64,000 bases of DNA. Source: an uncultured delta proteobacterium (lineage in GTDB: Bacteria > Desulfobacterota > Binatia > Binatales > Binataceae). Positions 35,466 to 45,633 of the stretch are shown here, in pieces. A program made the position numbers and the translations under genes. The stretch covers positions 673,074-737,073 of the forward strand of contig CAVYTJ010000002.1 of NCBI GenBank assembly GCA_963771325.1, given 5' to 3'. The notes under the pieces are model-generated. The model was not told where the DNA came from. It saw only the letters and a list, made by a program, of their open reading frames with translations, and ran no database searches. Position 1 is the first letter of the stretch; each line of letters starts with the position of its first letter.

Positions 35466-36378
35466 TTAAACACGGTCGAGCACGATTACCAGGAATACGA
35501 TCGGCAAATACAAGAGCGAAGCGAACATCACGCGGCGCGCCGCCGCGGCGGCATTCGGGTTGCGCGCGAGCCGCAGTCCCGAAGGTCAGCATCATCGCGC
35601 CCAGCGCGAGCGCGACCGCCATCGAGATCCACCCGGCGAAGCCCAGCAGCGTGGGCAGCGCGCCCGCCGCGATGAGCGCGATGCAATCGAGCAGGATCAG
35701 CTTGTCCACTGGATTAAGGCGCGGATTACCGCGTCCGCCCGCAAGCGGCAGCATGCTGATTCCGGCGCGCGCGTAGTCGCTCTGGTAAAGCCGCGCAATC
35801 GAGAGCGAATGGGGAAGCTGCCACAGGCACATGATGAGGAACAGGATGAAAGGTTCGACGCCGAGTCTTCCGCTGGCCGCGGCCCATCCGGCAACCGGCG
35901 GCAGCGCTCCGGGCACCGCGCCGACGGCATGGCAAAGCCACGAGACCCGCTTGAGCGGCGTATACGCGAACAGGTAGAGCAGCGCGATTGCGGCGGTCAC
36001 CGCGGCGGCCAGAAAATTCGCCGCCACCCACAGCCAGGCGCATCCGCCGACCGTCGTGACGAGGCCGAAGACCAGCGCCTCGGGCGGGCTCAGGCGTCCC
36101 TCGGGCAGCGGGCGATGCTGCGTTCGGATCATCAGGGCGTCGATGCGGCGCTCGAAATACTGGTTGAGCGCGAGCGTGCCGCCGGCGGCGAGCGCGGTGC
36201 CGAACAGCGTATTCAGCGCAAGCCACAGGTCGAAGCGCTCGGCGCTGCCGAGATAGAAGCCGACCAGCGTGGTCAGCAGAACCATCGCGAGCACGCGCGG
36301 TTTGGTCAGCTCGAGATAGGCCGCGGCGCGCTTGCGCGCGCCGCTCGCCGATGCGAGCGCAACGGCTTCGGCGCTCAT
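35466..36378 (-). pseudogene. ctaB: protoheme IX farnesyltransferase (heme O synthase) with a C-terminal frameshift near 35550-35590 (GC-rich tract; probable assembly indel)
   Basis: UbiA-family motifs YLELTKPRV, NQYFERRIDALMIRTQHRPLP. The conserved C-terminal helix ...RRVMFASLLYLPIVFLVIVLDRV* with TAA stop at 35466 is in the +1 frame relative to the upstream body. Confidence 0.8.
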
Positions 36379-37541
36379 GCGCCCACCTCGTGCCGCGCCG
36401 GCGCGCCCAACCGAGGCGCACGTGCGCGCGCGCTCTCAGAGCCGCCGGCGTCGCGCACCGCGCGCTCCAGATGCCATGCGCGCAAGCTTAGCGCGAGGCA
36501 GGTTGCGAGCACCGCCGCTCCCACCGCGACGTGCGAGGTCGTCGGGACGACCGCGCGGCGGCTTAGAACCGTCGCCGCGCCGAGCCCTATCTGCAGCGCG
36601 AGCAGCACCAGCAACCCCAGCGCCGGGCGCCGCAGCGACGGCTCATCACGATATTCCCGCAGCGTCCGCGCGACCGTCCACAGCACCATCGCCGTGACCA
36701 CCACCGCACCACATCGATGGGCAAAGTTGACCGCGATCGGCACCGAGAACATCGGCGGCACCAGGTGCCCGAAGGCAAGCGGAAAATCGGGAATCGCGAG
36801 GCCCGCATGCATGTGCCGCATCAGCGCGCCGATAATTATCTGCAAGTAGATGACTCCGGTGGTCACGCCAGCGAGCGGCGCCACGGGCGTCCGGCTGGGC
36901 GTGAGCGCCGTCGGCGCCACCGGCGCCATCACCTGCCAAGCCGGGCTCGTGAACAACGCGATCGCGACCATCAGGCAAAAGAAGGCCTGCCCGGTCATCG
37001 CGTGCGCGACCGCGAACGTCAGGGGCAGATTCAAAAGCACGGTTATGCCCCCGAGCACGGCCTGCACGACCACCATTCCGAAAGCCGCGAGCGCCGTGTA
37101 CCGGACCCACGCGCGCCGCTCGGCCATCCAGACCCACAACGCCAGCGTCAGGGTGAGAATCGAGACCGTGCCGGCGATCGCGCGATGGCCCCACTCGAAA
37201 AGCACTCCCGCTCCCCACTGTTGTGGCACCAGGCGGCCGGCGTCGAGCGGCCACGACGGCACCGCCATCGCGGATCCGGTGGAAGTCACCAATCCTCCGG
37301 CGAAAACCAGAACGAAGGTGGCGGCGGCGGCGAAAACAGCGAAACGATGAAGGGCCACCGAAGAGGACGGGCCGCGGCCCGCGTCGGGCGAAGCTTGAAA
37401 ATCAGATCGTGTGGTCTGCGAGAACGCGCTCACGTTTATTCCATTCTCGTCCGCACGGCGCTTTGCCGAACTCCGCGACAAGACCTCACGGCTGGACCTC
37501 ATGTCATTAGAATCGCGAACAATACTCTGCTCGAAAAACAA
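36375..37541 (-). CDS. ctaA: heme A synthase (CtaA/COX15 family)
   Basis: Eight TM helices with conserved His-containing segments (EWGHRAIAG..., AHAMTGQAFF, MRHMHAGLA). The N-terminal 40 aa of the ORF may not be translated. 4-nt overlap with ctaB. Confidence 0.75.
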   Translation of the reverse strand: MFFEQSIVRDSNDMRSSREVLSRSSAKRRADENGINVSAFSQTTRSDFQASPDAGRGPSSSVALHRFAVFAAAATFVLVFAGGLVTSTGSAMAVPSWPLDAGRLVPQQWGAGVLFEWGHRAIAGTVSILTLTLALWVWMAERRAWVRYTALAAFGMVVVQAVLGGITVLLNLPLTFAVAHAMTGQAFFCLMVAIALFTSPAWQVMAPVAPTALTPSRTPVAPLAGVTTGVIYLQIIIGALMRHMHAGLAIPDFPLAFGHLVPPMFSVPIAVNFAHRCGAVVVTAMVLWTVARTLREYRDEPSLRRPALGLLVLLALQIGLGAATVLSRRAVVPTTSHVAVGAAVLATCLALSLRAWHLERAVRDAGGSESARARAPRLGAPARHEVGA

Positions 37542-37667
37542 CCCAGGCTAACGCACGATATCAGCCCGCGCGGACGCTTGCCAAGGTCACCAGGTTACTT
37601 CGCGCTTGGCTCGGCAGCGGCACTTTTCGGCCGCTTCTTGCTGATACGGTCAACCAGCAGATGGGCC

Positions 37668-40052
37668 TCACGCGACTCGCACCGTACCGCTCGTGGACTG
37701 CGAAGCCTCCCCCGTCTGGAGCGGTTCGACGTCGCGCGCCACGAACGCCGGCCGCACAATCGAGAAGATCGACGGCACCAGGGTTATCGCCGCCAGCCAG
37801 TGCGTGAGCATCAGCAACGCGAGCAACAGCGCCATCTCAGCCGAGAAACGCAGGCTCGACATCCAGTACCACGGCAACACCCCGCCGACGAGCGTCGTGG
37901 CCGTGAACGTGACCGCCATCCCCGAGGTGTTGATCGCGCGTTTGATCGCGCCGTCGTAATCGTGAAGCCGCCCGTATTCGCGCTTGATACGGTCCACCAC
38001 GTACAGGATGTAATCGACGCCGATACCCATCCCGACCGCAGTCACCGGCAAAGTGTTGATATTGATCCCGACGCCCTTCAACCCGATGTACAGAAAGCTG
38101 ACCACGCCGGCCGCGATGAGCGTCATCAGCACCATCGCGCCCGCGGTCAACGAGGCATAGCTCAACGCCACCAGGGTGAAGACCACGGCCAGGATTAGCA
38201 GCGTGCTGACGCGGTCGGAATAGGCAATCTCGTCGTTGAGCGCCGCGGTCAGGCCGATACTGCCGCCGGCGAGCACGAATTTCACGTGCGGCACCGGATG
38301 GGCCGCGATAAATCTGTTGGCCCGGGTCAGCGCTTCCAGCACCGTCGAGCCCTCGATGTCCCAATAGTAGACGACGAACTGGCCGTAGCGCGCGTTGTAG
38401 TCCATGTACTGGAAGATGATCGTCGGCGACGGCGCCGAGGACTGGTACATGAAGAGCATCTGGCCGATGCCCTTGAGATCGCGCGGATACACCTCCCACA
38501 CGGGATCGTTGTAGTGAAAGAGGCTCTGCAGCCGCCGCACCAGGGTCGTGATGTAGCGGCTGCCGCTCGCCTGCGGCTGCGCGAGCATGTAGTGGCTGAA
38601 GTCGTCGAGCAGGGCGAGCAGCTTCGGATCCTTCATCGCGTTGGCGTGATCGCCTTGAAGATAGATCACCAACTCGTTGGAGCCGCCGTAGGAGCGGTTG
38701 ATATGGCGCGAGGAGACGTTGAAGTCGGAGTCCTGCCACAAGAGCGGCGACCCCGGCTCGGTGTAGCCGATCGGCAGCTTGACCGCCTGCTGAATCCCCA
38801 GCACCACGACCACCGCGGCGATCCCGAACACTACCCATCTACCGCGGCGGCTCGTGCAGCTCTCGCCCACCCAGTGCAGGCCCGACGCCATCCAGTGCGG
38901 GACGTAGTGCTTGGTGATCTTCGGCGTCGGCAGGACGTCGAGCAGCAGCGGCACGAGGATCAGGATGGTGAAGATGTTGGAGAAGCCCCAGAAGCTCGCA
39001 AAGAAGGCGACCTTGCGCACCAGCGGGATGGTGGCGACGCCCAGCACCAGGATGCCCGCGGCGTCGGCGAGGATGCCGATCGCGCCGGGTAAAAACAGCT
39101 CGTCCATCGAGTCGCGCACGGCCTGATGGCGGTCGCCGGTGCGTTCGAGCTCCTCGAAATAGCGCTCGAGCAACTGCACCCCGTGGCTCGCGGCCCGCGC
39201 GGTCACCAGCAACGGAATCACCAGCACCAGGACGTCGAGGTTGTAGCCGAGCAGCCCGAGAAAGCCGAGTCCCCAGATGACCTGCGCCGCCGCCCCGACT
39301 ATCGGCAGCAGCACGCCATAGGCGCGGCGAAAATAGAGCACCAGCGACAGTACGATAAACAGTCCAGTGACGCTGAAAATTTCCGCCAGCTCGCCCTTGT
39401 AGTACCAGCACCAGGCCTTCAGCACCGGTTCGCCGGTGGCGTACATCGCCGTGTTGTCGTCTTCGACGGCGTGCTTGATGCTGGCCAGGCGCCGATGCAT
39501 CTCGCCGTAGTCGACCTGGCCCTCGTTGAACCCGGCGGTGACGATGGCGCTCGTGCCGTCGGCCGAAACCAGGACGCCGTAGGCGAGGCTGTGCAGCACG
39601 TCATGCTTCAGGCGCTCGAGGTCGGCGCTGGAAGTTGGAATCTGGTCGGGCAACAGCGGCCGCGAGATGATCAACCCGCCGCTGGTCGCGACCACCTTGC
39701 GCGCGTTGGTGCCGGTAATCGAGTTGATCAGGTCGTGATCGACGCCGTCCATCAGGTCGAGTTGCTGATGGATGAAGCGAATCTTGTTCAGCGTTTTATT
39801 GGTAAAAATGTCGCCGTGTTTGACCTGCAACTCCACCGTCATCACGTTGGCGGTGCCGAAGATTTCCCGGAAGTGGTTGTAGGCCGCGACGTAAGGATGG
39901 GCTTGCGGCAGGAGATCGCTGAACTTGCTGTACATCCGCACCGCGACCGCCTGGTAGGCGAAGAAAATCGTGACCACCGCAAGGAAGGCGAGCGAAAACC
40001 AGCGATGCCTAAGCGTCAGCCGGACAATCGAATGAACCAGACGTTCAACCAT
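37668..40052 (-). CDS. RND-superfamily MMPL/HpnN-like transporter (12 TM, two large periplasmic loops)
   Basis: Duplicated 6-TM bundles with MMPL-type signatures (GIDYILYVVDRIKRE, LGLLGYNLDVLVLVIPLLVTARAASHGVQLL). Confidence 0.8.
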   Translation of the reverse strand: MVERLVHSIVRLTLRHRWFSLAFLAVVTIFFAYQAVAVRMYSKFSDLLPQAHPYVAAYNHFREIFGTANVMTVELQVKHGDIFTNKTLNKIRFIHQQLDLMDGVDHDLINSITGTNARKVVATSGGLIISRPLLPDQIPTSSADLERLKHDVLHSLAYGVLVSADGTSAIVTAGFNEGQVDYGEMHRRLASIKHAVEDDNTAMYATGEPVLKAWCWYYKGELAEIFSVTGLFIVLSLVLYFRRAYGVLLPIVGAAAQVIWGLGFLGLLGYNLDVLVLVIPLLVTARAASHGVQLLERYFEELERTGDRHQAVRDSMDELFLPGAIGILADAAGILVLGVATIPLVRKVAFFASFWGFSNIFTILILVPLLLDVLPTPKITKHYVPHWMASGLHWVGESCTSRRGRWVVFGIAAVVVVLGIQQAVKLPIGYTEPGSPLLWQDSDFNVSSRHINRSYGGSNELVIYLQGDHANAMKDPKLLALLDDFSHYMLAQPQASGSRYITTLVRRLQSLFHYNDPVWEVYPRDLKGIGQMLFMYQSSAPSPTIIFQYMDYNARYGQFVVYYWDIEGSTVLEALTRANRFIAAHPVPHVKFVLAGGSIGLTAALNDEIAYSDRVSTLLILAVVFTLVALSYASLTAGAMVLMTLIAAGVVSFLYIGLKGVGININTLPVTAVGMGIGVDYILYVVDRIKREYGRLHDYDGAIKRAINTSGMAVTFTATTLVGGVLPWYWMSSLRFSAEMALLLALLMLTHWLAAITLVPSIFSIVRPAFVARDVEPLQTGEASQSTSGTVRVA

Positions 40053-40215
40053 CGAAATCCTGTGGCGGAAGAGGCCATCGGCGAGCCGTCGCGAGGTTTT
40101 CCATCGCAGGATGCGCGCTTGGGACCGAGGCCGGTCGATCGACGCACCATATCAACCCCGGCCAAACCTCGCCAGTGGGGGGCCAATGCCGGCCCGGCGA
40201 AAACCGACTAGGCGG

Positions 40216-43200
40216 CTAACTCAACTTCGATTCGAGCAGCGCCTTCGCGTCTTTCAGGTCGGCGATGTCGAAGCCCTCGGTGAACCAGCCGTAGATCTTG
40301 CCAAGCCTGGCGCGCGCTTCGTCGCGGCGGCCCTGCTGGTCGAGTAACCGAGCGAAACTGGTCGTCGCGCGCAACTCCCACATCCTTGCGCTTTGCATTC
40401 GAGCGATTTCTATCGCGCGCAGCAAAGAGCTTTCGGCCGCGACAAGGTTCCCTTGCGTCAGCCGCGCGACGCCCGCAATGCGGTGAAGTTCCGCCGTGAA
40501 TTGGCGCTCACCCGATTCTTCGGCCTGCCGGAGAGCATCGCTCACGACATCCAACGCCTCATCACAATGCCCGATCGAGCTCAAACCCGCCGCGAATTCT
40601 CCCAGGAACCATGGACCCCCAAGCACTGAACCGAGAGCTCGCCAGGCATCGAATCCCTGTTTGATGGTATCGACTCCCCGTGCCCCCTCTCCACGCTGGA
40701 CCGCGGCGCATCCCATCAATATCTGTGCAAACGCCAGGTAAAAAGCCAGCCCATGCTCGGCGGCCAGCGCCGTCGACGTTCGGCAGCGTTCGATAGCTGC
40801 ATCTGGTTCTCGTCGCAAAAGATGTAACTGTCCCGCGTATATCGTGGCCATGGCCAGCGCTCTTGGATGAGCCAGCACATGCGCCACCTGGACGCAGTCC
40901 AAGACGGTCCTAAGGGCCTGATCTGGATAACCCCGATAGTGTTGAGTCCAAGCCGCGTAAGCTCTTGAGATCATCGCTGGATCATCGACAAAGACCCGAG
41001 AAGGCGGCGTTCCTGGCTTGCACGCGTCGATCGCCAGCGCTAAGCGCTCGGAAGCGGTTTCGATTCGCCCACACCAGAATGCGGTGTCACCTGCGGCGAA
41101 ATTCGCATACGCAAGACGAGTGTCGTCCTTGGATTCACCCACTGATGTGAGAAGTCGCTCTGCCAATGCCTCGGCGTCACGAAGTTCCGCGCGTAGCAAG
41201 TGAAAGACCCACAATCCGGATAAGGCCTCGAAGAGCGCCGAGGTATCCCCGGCTAGCTGGCAAAGCTCAAGCGCCCGCGTGTAGTTCGCGCCAATCTCTG
41301 AAGCACCCTGACCTTTGACTGCCATCAGACTAGGCCCAATCAAAATTCGGAGTCGAATTTCCTGGACTCGATTGCCCTGATCGTCTGGCAGCTCCGATAT
41401 GAGCTCTAAAGCGGTCCCAAGCTGTGCGATGGCGCCGTTGTCGGCGCCCTTGGCAGCGGTCTGCTCTCCGGCTCGAGTGAGATATTCGATGGCCTTCTCG
41501 AGGTTTCCACCTCGGCGATACTGATGAGCGAGCTCCGCCAGGTGATCGTCAAGGCGGTCGGCATAAAGCGACTCGATCGCGGCTGCGGTCCGCTCGTGGA
41601 GCACCCGCCGCCGCTCGCTCAGGACTGAGTTGTAGGCGACTTCCAGTGTCAGCGAGTGCTTGAAGGTGTACTCGGCGTCGGGCAGTGCGGGCTGCTCATA
41701 GATGAACTCACCGAGCTGCAGATCGCTCAGCATCCGTTCGAGCTCGTCGGCGGATTTGTCGGTTACCTTTTTGATCAGTCCGAGCGGGAACTCCTTACCC
41801 ATCACGGCCAGGGTTTGTAAGAGGTCTTTTTCATCGGCCGGTAACCGATCAATACGCGAGGCGAGGATCACCTGCACGGTGGGCGGGATGTTCAGCTCGC
41901 TCAATGGCTTGGTGAGCTTGACCGCACCATTGCGGACCAGAACTCCTTCGTCGAGCAGTACCTGCACGGTCTCCTCCATAAAGAACGGATTGCCGTGGGT
42001 CTTCTCGATAATCAGGCGTTTGAGCGGTTTGAGCGAAGGATCATCGCCCAGAAGCGCACCCAGCAACTCTTCGGCACTCTCCTGCCCGAGCGGGTCGAGC
42101 CGGAGGCGGGCATAGTAGGTCTTGCTGCCCCAGCCGTGACGGTACTCGGGACGGTAATTGAGCAGCAGCAGCACCCGAGCGTTGCCGATCGCGTCGGCCA
42201 TGAGATCGAGTAAGGCTTGGGTTTCGGCGTCGATCCAGTGCAAGTCCTCGAAGATCACGACCAGCGGCTGGTTGAGGCTTTCACGCAACAGAATGCGCTT
42301 GATGGCTTCCAGCGTGCGGCGCCGACGCGCCTGTGCGTCCATCTGGGCCAGTGCGCCGACGGTCTCCTCGACTCCAAGGAGCGCGAAGAGGAACGGCAAT
42401 GCGTCCTCTAACATGCGATCGAGCGTGAGGACTTTGCCAGTGATCTTTTCCCGTCGCCTGCGTGCGTCGTCCTCGGCCTCGATCTCGAAGTAGTTGTTGA
42501 GCAGCTCAATAACGGGCAAATAGGGCGACGCCTTGCCGTGAGAGACGGAGAACGTTTCCAAAACAAGGCATCCACTCTGCGAGGTCGCCTTGAATTCGTA
42601 AAACAACCGTGACTTGCCCAGCCCGGCCTCGCCTATCGCGGCAACGATCTGCCCGTGGCCTTTCCGTACCAGTTCCAGTGCGCGCCGCATCTCCGCCACC
42701 TCTCGCTCGCGCCCGACGAACTTCGTGAGCCCACGCCCGGCCGCTCGCTGCAGCCGGGTTCTGAGCGGGCCGACTCCCGTCACCTCGTAAACGTCAACCG
42801 GCTCACTGACTCCCTTGACGCGAACCGGCCCCAATGCCTTGAACGCAAAGTAGCCCTGACATAAACGATGGGTCGCCTGACTGCTCACCACCGAGCCAGG
42901 GTCGGCCAGCGTTTGCATGCGCGAGGCGAGGTTCGCCGTATGCCCGATCGGCGTGTACTCGATCTGCTTCGCGCCGGTTTGGATCGGCCGCACCACCACC
43001 TCTCCGGTGTTGAGTCCGACCCGGATCTGGAGTGGGGCGCGGCCCTCGGCGCGCAGCCGGCTCGTCAGCCGTTTTATCTCCTGCTGCATCCGGAGCGCGG
43101 TCAACACCGCCCGCTGTGGATGGTCCTCGTGGGCGACGGGTGCGCCGAAGAGCGCAAAGATGCCATCACCGGTCGACTGCACGACGTAACCGTCATAGTG

Positions 43201-43629
43201 ATGGACCGCGTCAATCATTATCTTGAGCGCGGGGTCGATCACCCGACGAGCGTCCTCTGGATCGAGATCCTGTATCAGCTCGGTCGATCCCTTGATGTCA
43301 GCGAACAGTGCGGTGACCAGCTTGCGCTCGCCCTCCGGTACATCCTCGGCTTCTACAGAAGCGCTGACGCCGATCGTCGGACCCGATACGGCCGGCGCTG
43401 CGAACTGACCGGCTTTAGCGCCTTTAACCGCCTGGCCCAGGGCGGTACCGCATGCGTTGCAGAATCTCGCACCCGTCCGGTTGGATGCCCCACACGAAGG
43501 ACACCCCTGTGGCAGAGCGGTTCCGCATGCGTCGCAGAACCTGGCGCCATCGAAGTTCTCTGAGCCGCAGCTTGAGCAGTTCATCAACCTAGCCGTGACC
43601 TTGATGATGGAACTTTCTCGGTTTAGCAA
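40216..43629 (-). CDS. double zinc ribbon / class III cyclase / STAND ATPase / TPR protein (paralogue 3 of 3)
   Basis: CSSCGSENFDGARFCDACG..CPSCGASNRTGARFCNACG. The CHD is ~85% identical to paralogue 1 (TALFADIKGSTELIQDLDPEDARRVIDPALKIMIDAVHHYDGYVVQSTGDGIFALFG). GEAGLGKSRL, FEDLHWID. C-terminus YGWFTEGFDIADLKDAKALLESKLS. Confidence 0.9.
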   Translation of the reverse strand: MLNRESSIIKVTARLMNCSSCGSENFDGARFCDACGTALPQGCPSCGASNRTGARFCNACGTALGQAVKGAKAGQFAAPAVSGPTIGVSASVEAEDVPEGERKLVTALFADIKGSTELIQDLDPEDARRVIDPALKIMIDAVHHYDGYVVQSTGDGIFALFGAPVAHEDHPQRAVLTALRMQQEIKRLTSRLRAEGRAPLQIRVGLNTGEVVVRPIQTGAKQIEYTPIGHTANLASRMQTLADPGSVVSSQATHRLCQGYFAFKALGPVRVKGVSEPVDVYEVTGVGPLRTRLQRAAGRGLTKFVGREREVAEMRRALELVRKGHGQIVAAIGEAGLGKSRLFYEFKATSQSGCLVLETFSVSHGKASPYLPVIELLNNYFEIEAEDDARRRREKITGKVLTLDRMLEDALPFLFALLGVEETVGALAQMDAQARRRRTLEAIKRILLRESLNQPLVVIFEDLHWIDAETQALLDLMADAIGNARVLLLLNYRPEYRHGWGSKTYYARLRLDPLGQESAEELLGALLGDDPSLKPLKRLIIEKTHGNPFFMEETVQVLLDEGVLVRNGAVKLTKPLSELNIPPTVQVILASRIDRLPADEKDLLQTLAVMGKEFPLGLIKKVTDKSADELERMLSDLQLGEFIYEQPALPDAEYTFKHSLTLEVAYNSVLSERRRVLHERTAAAIESLYADRLDDHLAELAHQYRRGGNLEKAIEYLTRAGEQTAAKGADNGAIAQLGTALELISELPDDQGNRVQEIRLRILIGPSLMAVKGQGASEIGANYTRALELCQLAGDTSALFEALSGLWVFHLLRAELRDAEALAERLLTSVGESKDDTRLAYANFAAGDTAFWCGRIETASERLALAIDACKPGTPPSRVFVDDPAMISRAYAAWTQHYRGYPDQALRTVLDCVQVAHVLAHPRALAMATIYAGQLHLLRREPDAAIERCRTSTALAAEHGLAFYLAFAQILMGCAAVQRGEGARGVDTIKQGFDAWRALGSVLGGPWFLGEFAAGLSSIGHCDEALDVVSDALRQAEESGERQFTAELHRIAGVARLTQGNLVAAESSLLRAIEIARMQSARMWELRATTSFARLLDQQGRRDEARARLGKIYGWFTEGFDIADLKDAKALLESKLS

Positions 43630-43686
43630 ACTAAGTTTTTTACCACTTGATCAGTGTCATTAGCGCGTAAAAAGTTACTCGCGCGC

Positions 43687-43706
43687 AATCGGACCTTGGT
43701 CCGATT
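43687..43706. promoter_or_regulatory. perfect 9-2-9 palindrome AATCGGACC-TT-GGTCCGATT in the divergent promoter region between paralogue 3 and the fadD-like gene
   Basis: Read directly. A flanking agtaactcg motif recurs twice (43673, 43768). GntR/TetR-style operator geometry. Confidence 0.4.
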
Positions 43707-43817
43707 TTCGCCGATCGCTCCTGGCTCGCCGCGTGATGTCTGCTGACAGGTTTGGCGCGACGCCCTCCTTTGCGGTAGTAACTCGATCGCCAGTCGCATG
43801 GCGCGGAGGTTGAGCGG

Positions 43818-45629
43818 GTGAACAATTTCGCGACTCTGGCCGAGCTTTTCACCGCACAGGCAGAAAGGCTCGGCGATCGGGCCTTCCTGCGCGACAAGGC
43901 CGGCAAGGTTTGGCGCGACCACTCCTGGAACGACATCGCTGATGAGGCCGCGCGCCTGCGCGCCGGTCTGCTCGGACTTGGACTGGAGCGGGGCGATCGA
44001 ATCGCAATCCTGTCGGATAACTGTCCGCGTTGGGTGGTGGTCGATCAGGCTGCGCTCGGGATGGGCGTGGTGGTCGTGCCGCTGTACACCACCGCCGGCG
44101 TCGAGGAGACCCGCCACATCCTCGCCGATTCGGCCGCGAGCCTGGTCGCGGTCAACGGCGATGCGGCGGTGACGAAGATCCTGGAGATTTCGAACGATTT
44201 ACCCGACCTCCAGGGTATCATCCAGATGACTCCTTCGCAGGGCGCGCCGCCGTCATACGGCGGGAGGGGGAAGCTGCGGATTTTCACTTTCTCGCAGATG
44301 ACCGCCCATCCCGCCGAACCGCCGATGGAGGGCTCGCGCGATGATCTGGCGACGCTCATCTACACCTCGGGCACCACGGGGCCATCCAAGGGCGCGATGC
44401 TCACGCATGGCAACCTGCTGGCCAATAGCGAATCGTCGCAAGCCGCGCTCGACCTCAACGAGCAGGACATGATGTTGTCGTTCCTGCCGATCGCCCATTC
44501 GTTCGAGCGCTCCGCCGGCTACTACACGGTGGTGCTGGCGGGCGGCACGATTTCATACGCCGAGGGGCTGGGACAGATCGCGCAAAATCTGCTCGAAGTG
44601 AATCCGACTATCGTGCTTACCGTGCCGCGGGTGCTGGAGGCGGTTTACGCGCGCGTGATGCGCACGGTGGAGGCGGGACCGGGTGTGCGACGTGCGCTGT
44701 TCAACGCCGCGGTCGCCACCGGGGCGCACGCGGCGACATACCGGCACCAGGGCCAGTCGGTGCCCGTGCGTCTGGCGGCCCCGATGGCGCTCTTTCGCAA
44801 CGCGGTGTTCGCGCGCATCCGGGCAATTTTCGGCACGCGGCTGCGCTATCTAATCTCGGGTGGCGCGCCGCTGCCGCGCGAGATCTTCCGCTTCCTGGCC
44901 GCCGCCGAAATCCCGATCGTCGAGGGTTACGGGCTGACCGAGGCCTCGCCGGTGGTCTCGGTGAACCTGCACGGCCACACCAGGATTGGCACCGTGGGCC
45001 GCGCGATCAGAGACGTCGAGGTCCGCACCGCGCAAGACGGCGAATTGCTGGTGCGCGGGCCCAATGTGATGACGGGTTACTACAAGCTGGAGGCCGAAAC
45101 GCGCGAGGCGATCGACGCGGAGGGATGGCTCCATACCGGCGACATCGCGAGCATCGATCACGACGGCTACATCACCATCACCGACCGCAAGAAGGAAATT
45201 ATCGTGCTGTCGGGCGGCAAGAACATCTCGCCCGCCAACCTGGAGAGCCGGCTGAACTCCGACCCGGCGATCGCGCAGGCCTGCGTGATCGGCGATCGGC
45301 GCAAGCACCTGGCCGCCCTGCTGGTGCCTGATTTCGAGTACCTGGCCGCCCAGCCCGCGTTCAAGCTGACGGTGATGCGCCCGCCCGAGCAGGCCGTCGC
45401 CGACCCGGCGCTACGCGCTTTCTACCACGCCCGCATACATGAGCTAAACAAGGGATTGTCGGACGTCGAGACCATCGTCGCGTTCGCTCTGCTGGCGCGC
45501 CCGTTCGGCCAGGACAACGGCGAGCTTACGCCGACGCTCAAGCTGCGGCGCAAGGTCATCGTCGAGCACTATCGCGACGTGATCGAATCCCTGTACGGAA
45601 CGGAAACGGGCCGGCGCGCCACCGAATAG
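43818..45629 (+). CDS. long-chain fatty-acid--CoA ligase (AMP-dependent synthetase)
   Basis: AMP-binding motif IYTSGTTGPSKGAMLTHGNLLAN, plus GYGLTEASPVVS, and the C-terminal domain with ...ITDRKKEIIVLSGGKNISP. Confidence 0.85.
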   Translation: MNNFATLAELFTAQAERLGDRAFLRDKAGKVWRDHSWNDIADEAARLRAGLLGLGLERGDRIAILSDNCPRWVVVDQAALGMGVVVVPLYTTAGVEETRHILADSAASLVAVNGDAAVTKILEISNDLPDLQGIIQMTPSQGAPPSYGGRGKLRIFTFSQMTAHPAEPPMEGSRDDLATLIYTSGTTGPSKGAMLTHGNLLANSESSQAALDLNEQDMMLSFLPIAHSFERSAGYYTVVLAGGTISYAEGLGQIAQNLLEVNPTIVLTVPRVLEAVYARVMRTVEAGPGVRRALFNAAVATGAHAATYRHQGQSVPVRLAAPMALFRNAVFARIRAIFGTRLRYLISGGAPLPREIFRFLAAAEIPIVEGYGLTEASPVVSVNLHGHTRIGTVGRAIRDVEVRTAQDGELLVRGPNVMTGYYKLEAETREAIDAEGWLHTGDIASIDHDGYITITDRKKEIIVLSGGKNISPANLESRLNSDPAIAQACVIGDRRKHLAALLVPDFEYLAAQPAFKLTVMRPPEQAVADPALRAFYHARIHELNKGLSDVETIVAFALLARPFGQDNGELTPTLKLRRKVIVEHYRDVIESLYGTETGRRATE

Positions 45630-45633
45630 ATAG

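Noticed and set aside
34099-36378. single 759-aa ORF suggesting a CtaB-secreted protein fusion
   Set aside because: The conserved CtaB C-terminal helix and stop are in another frame, and the downstream protein has its own RBS and ATG. It is treated as two genes plus a frameshift.
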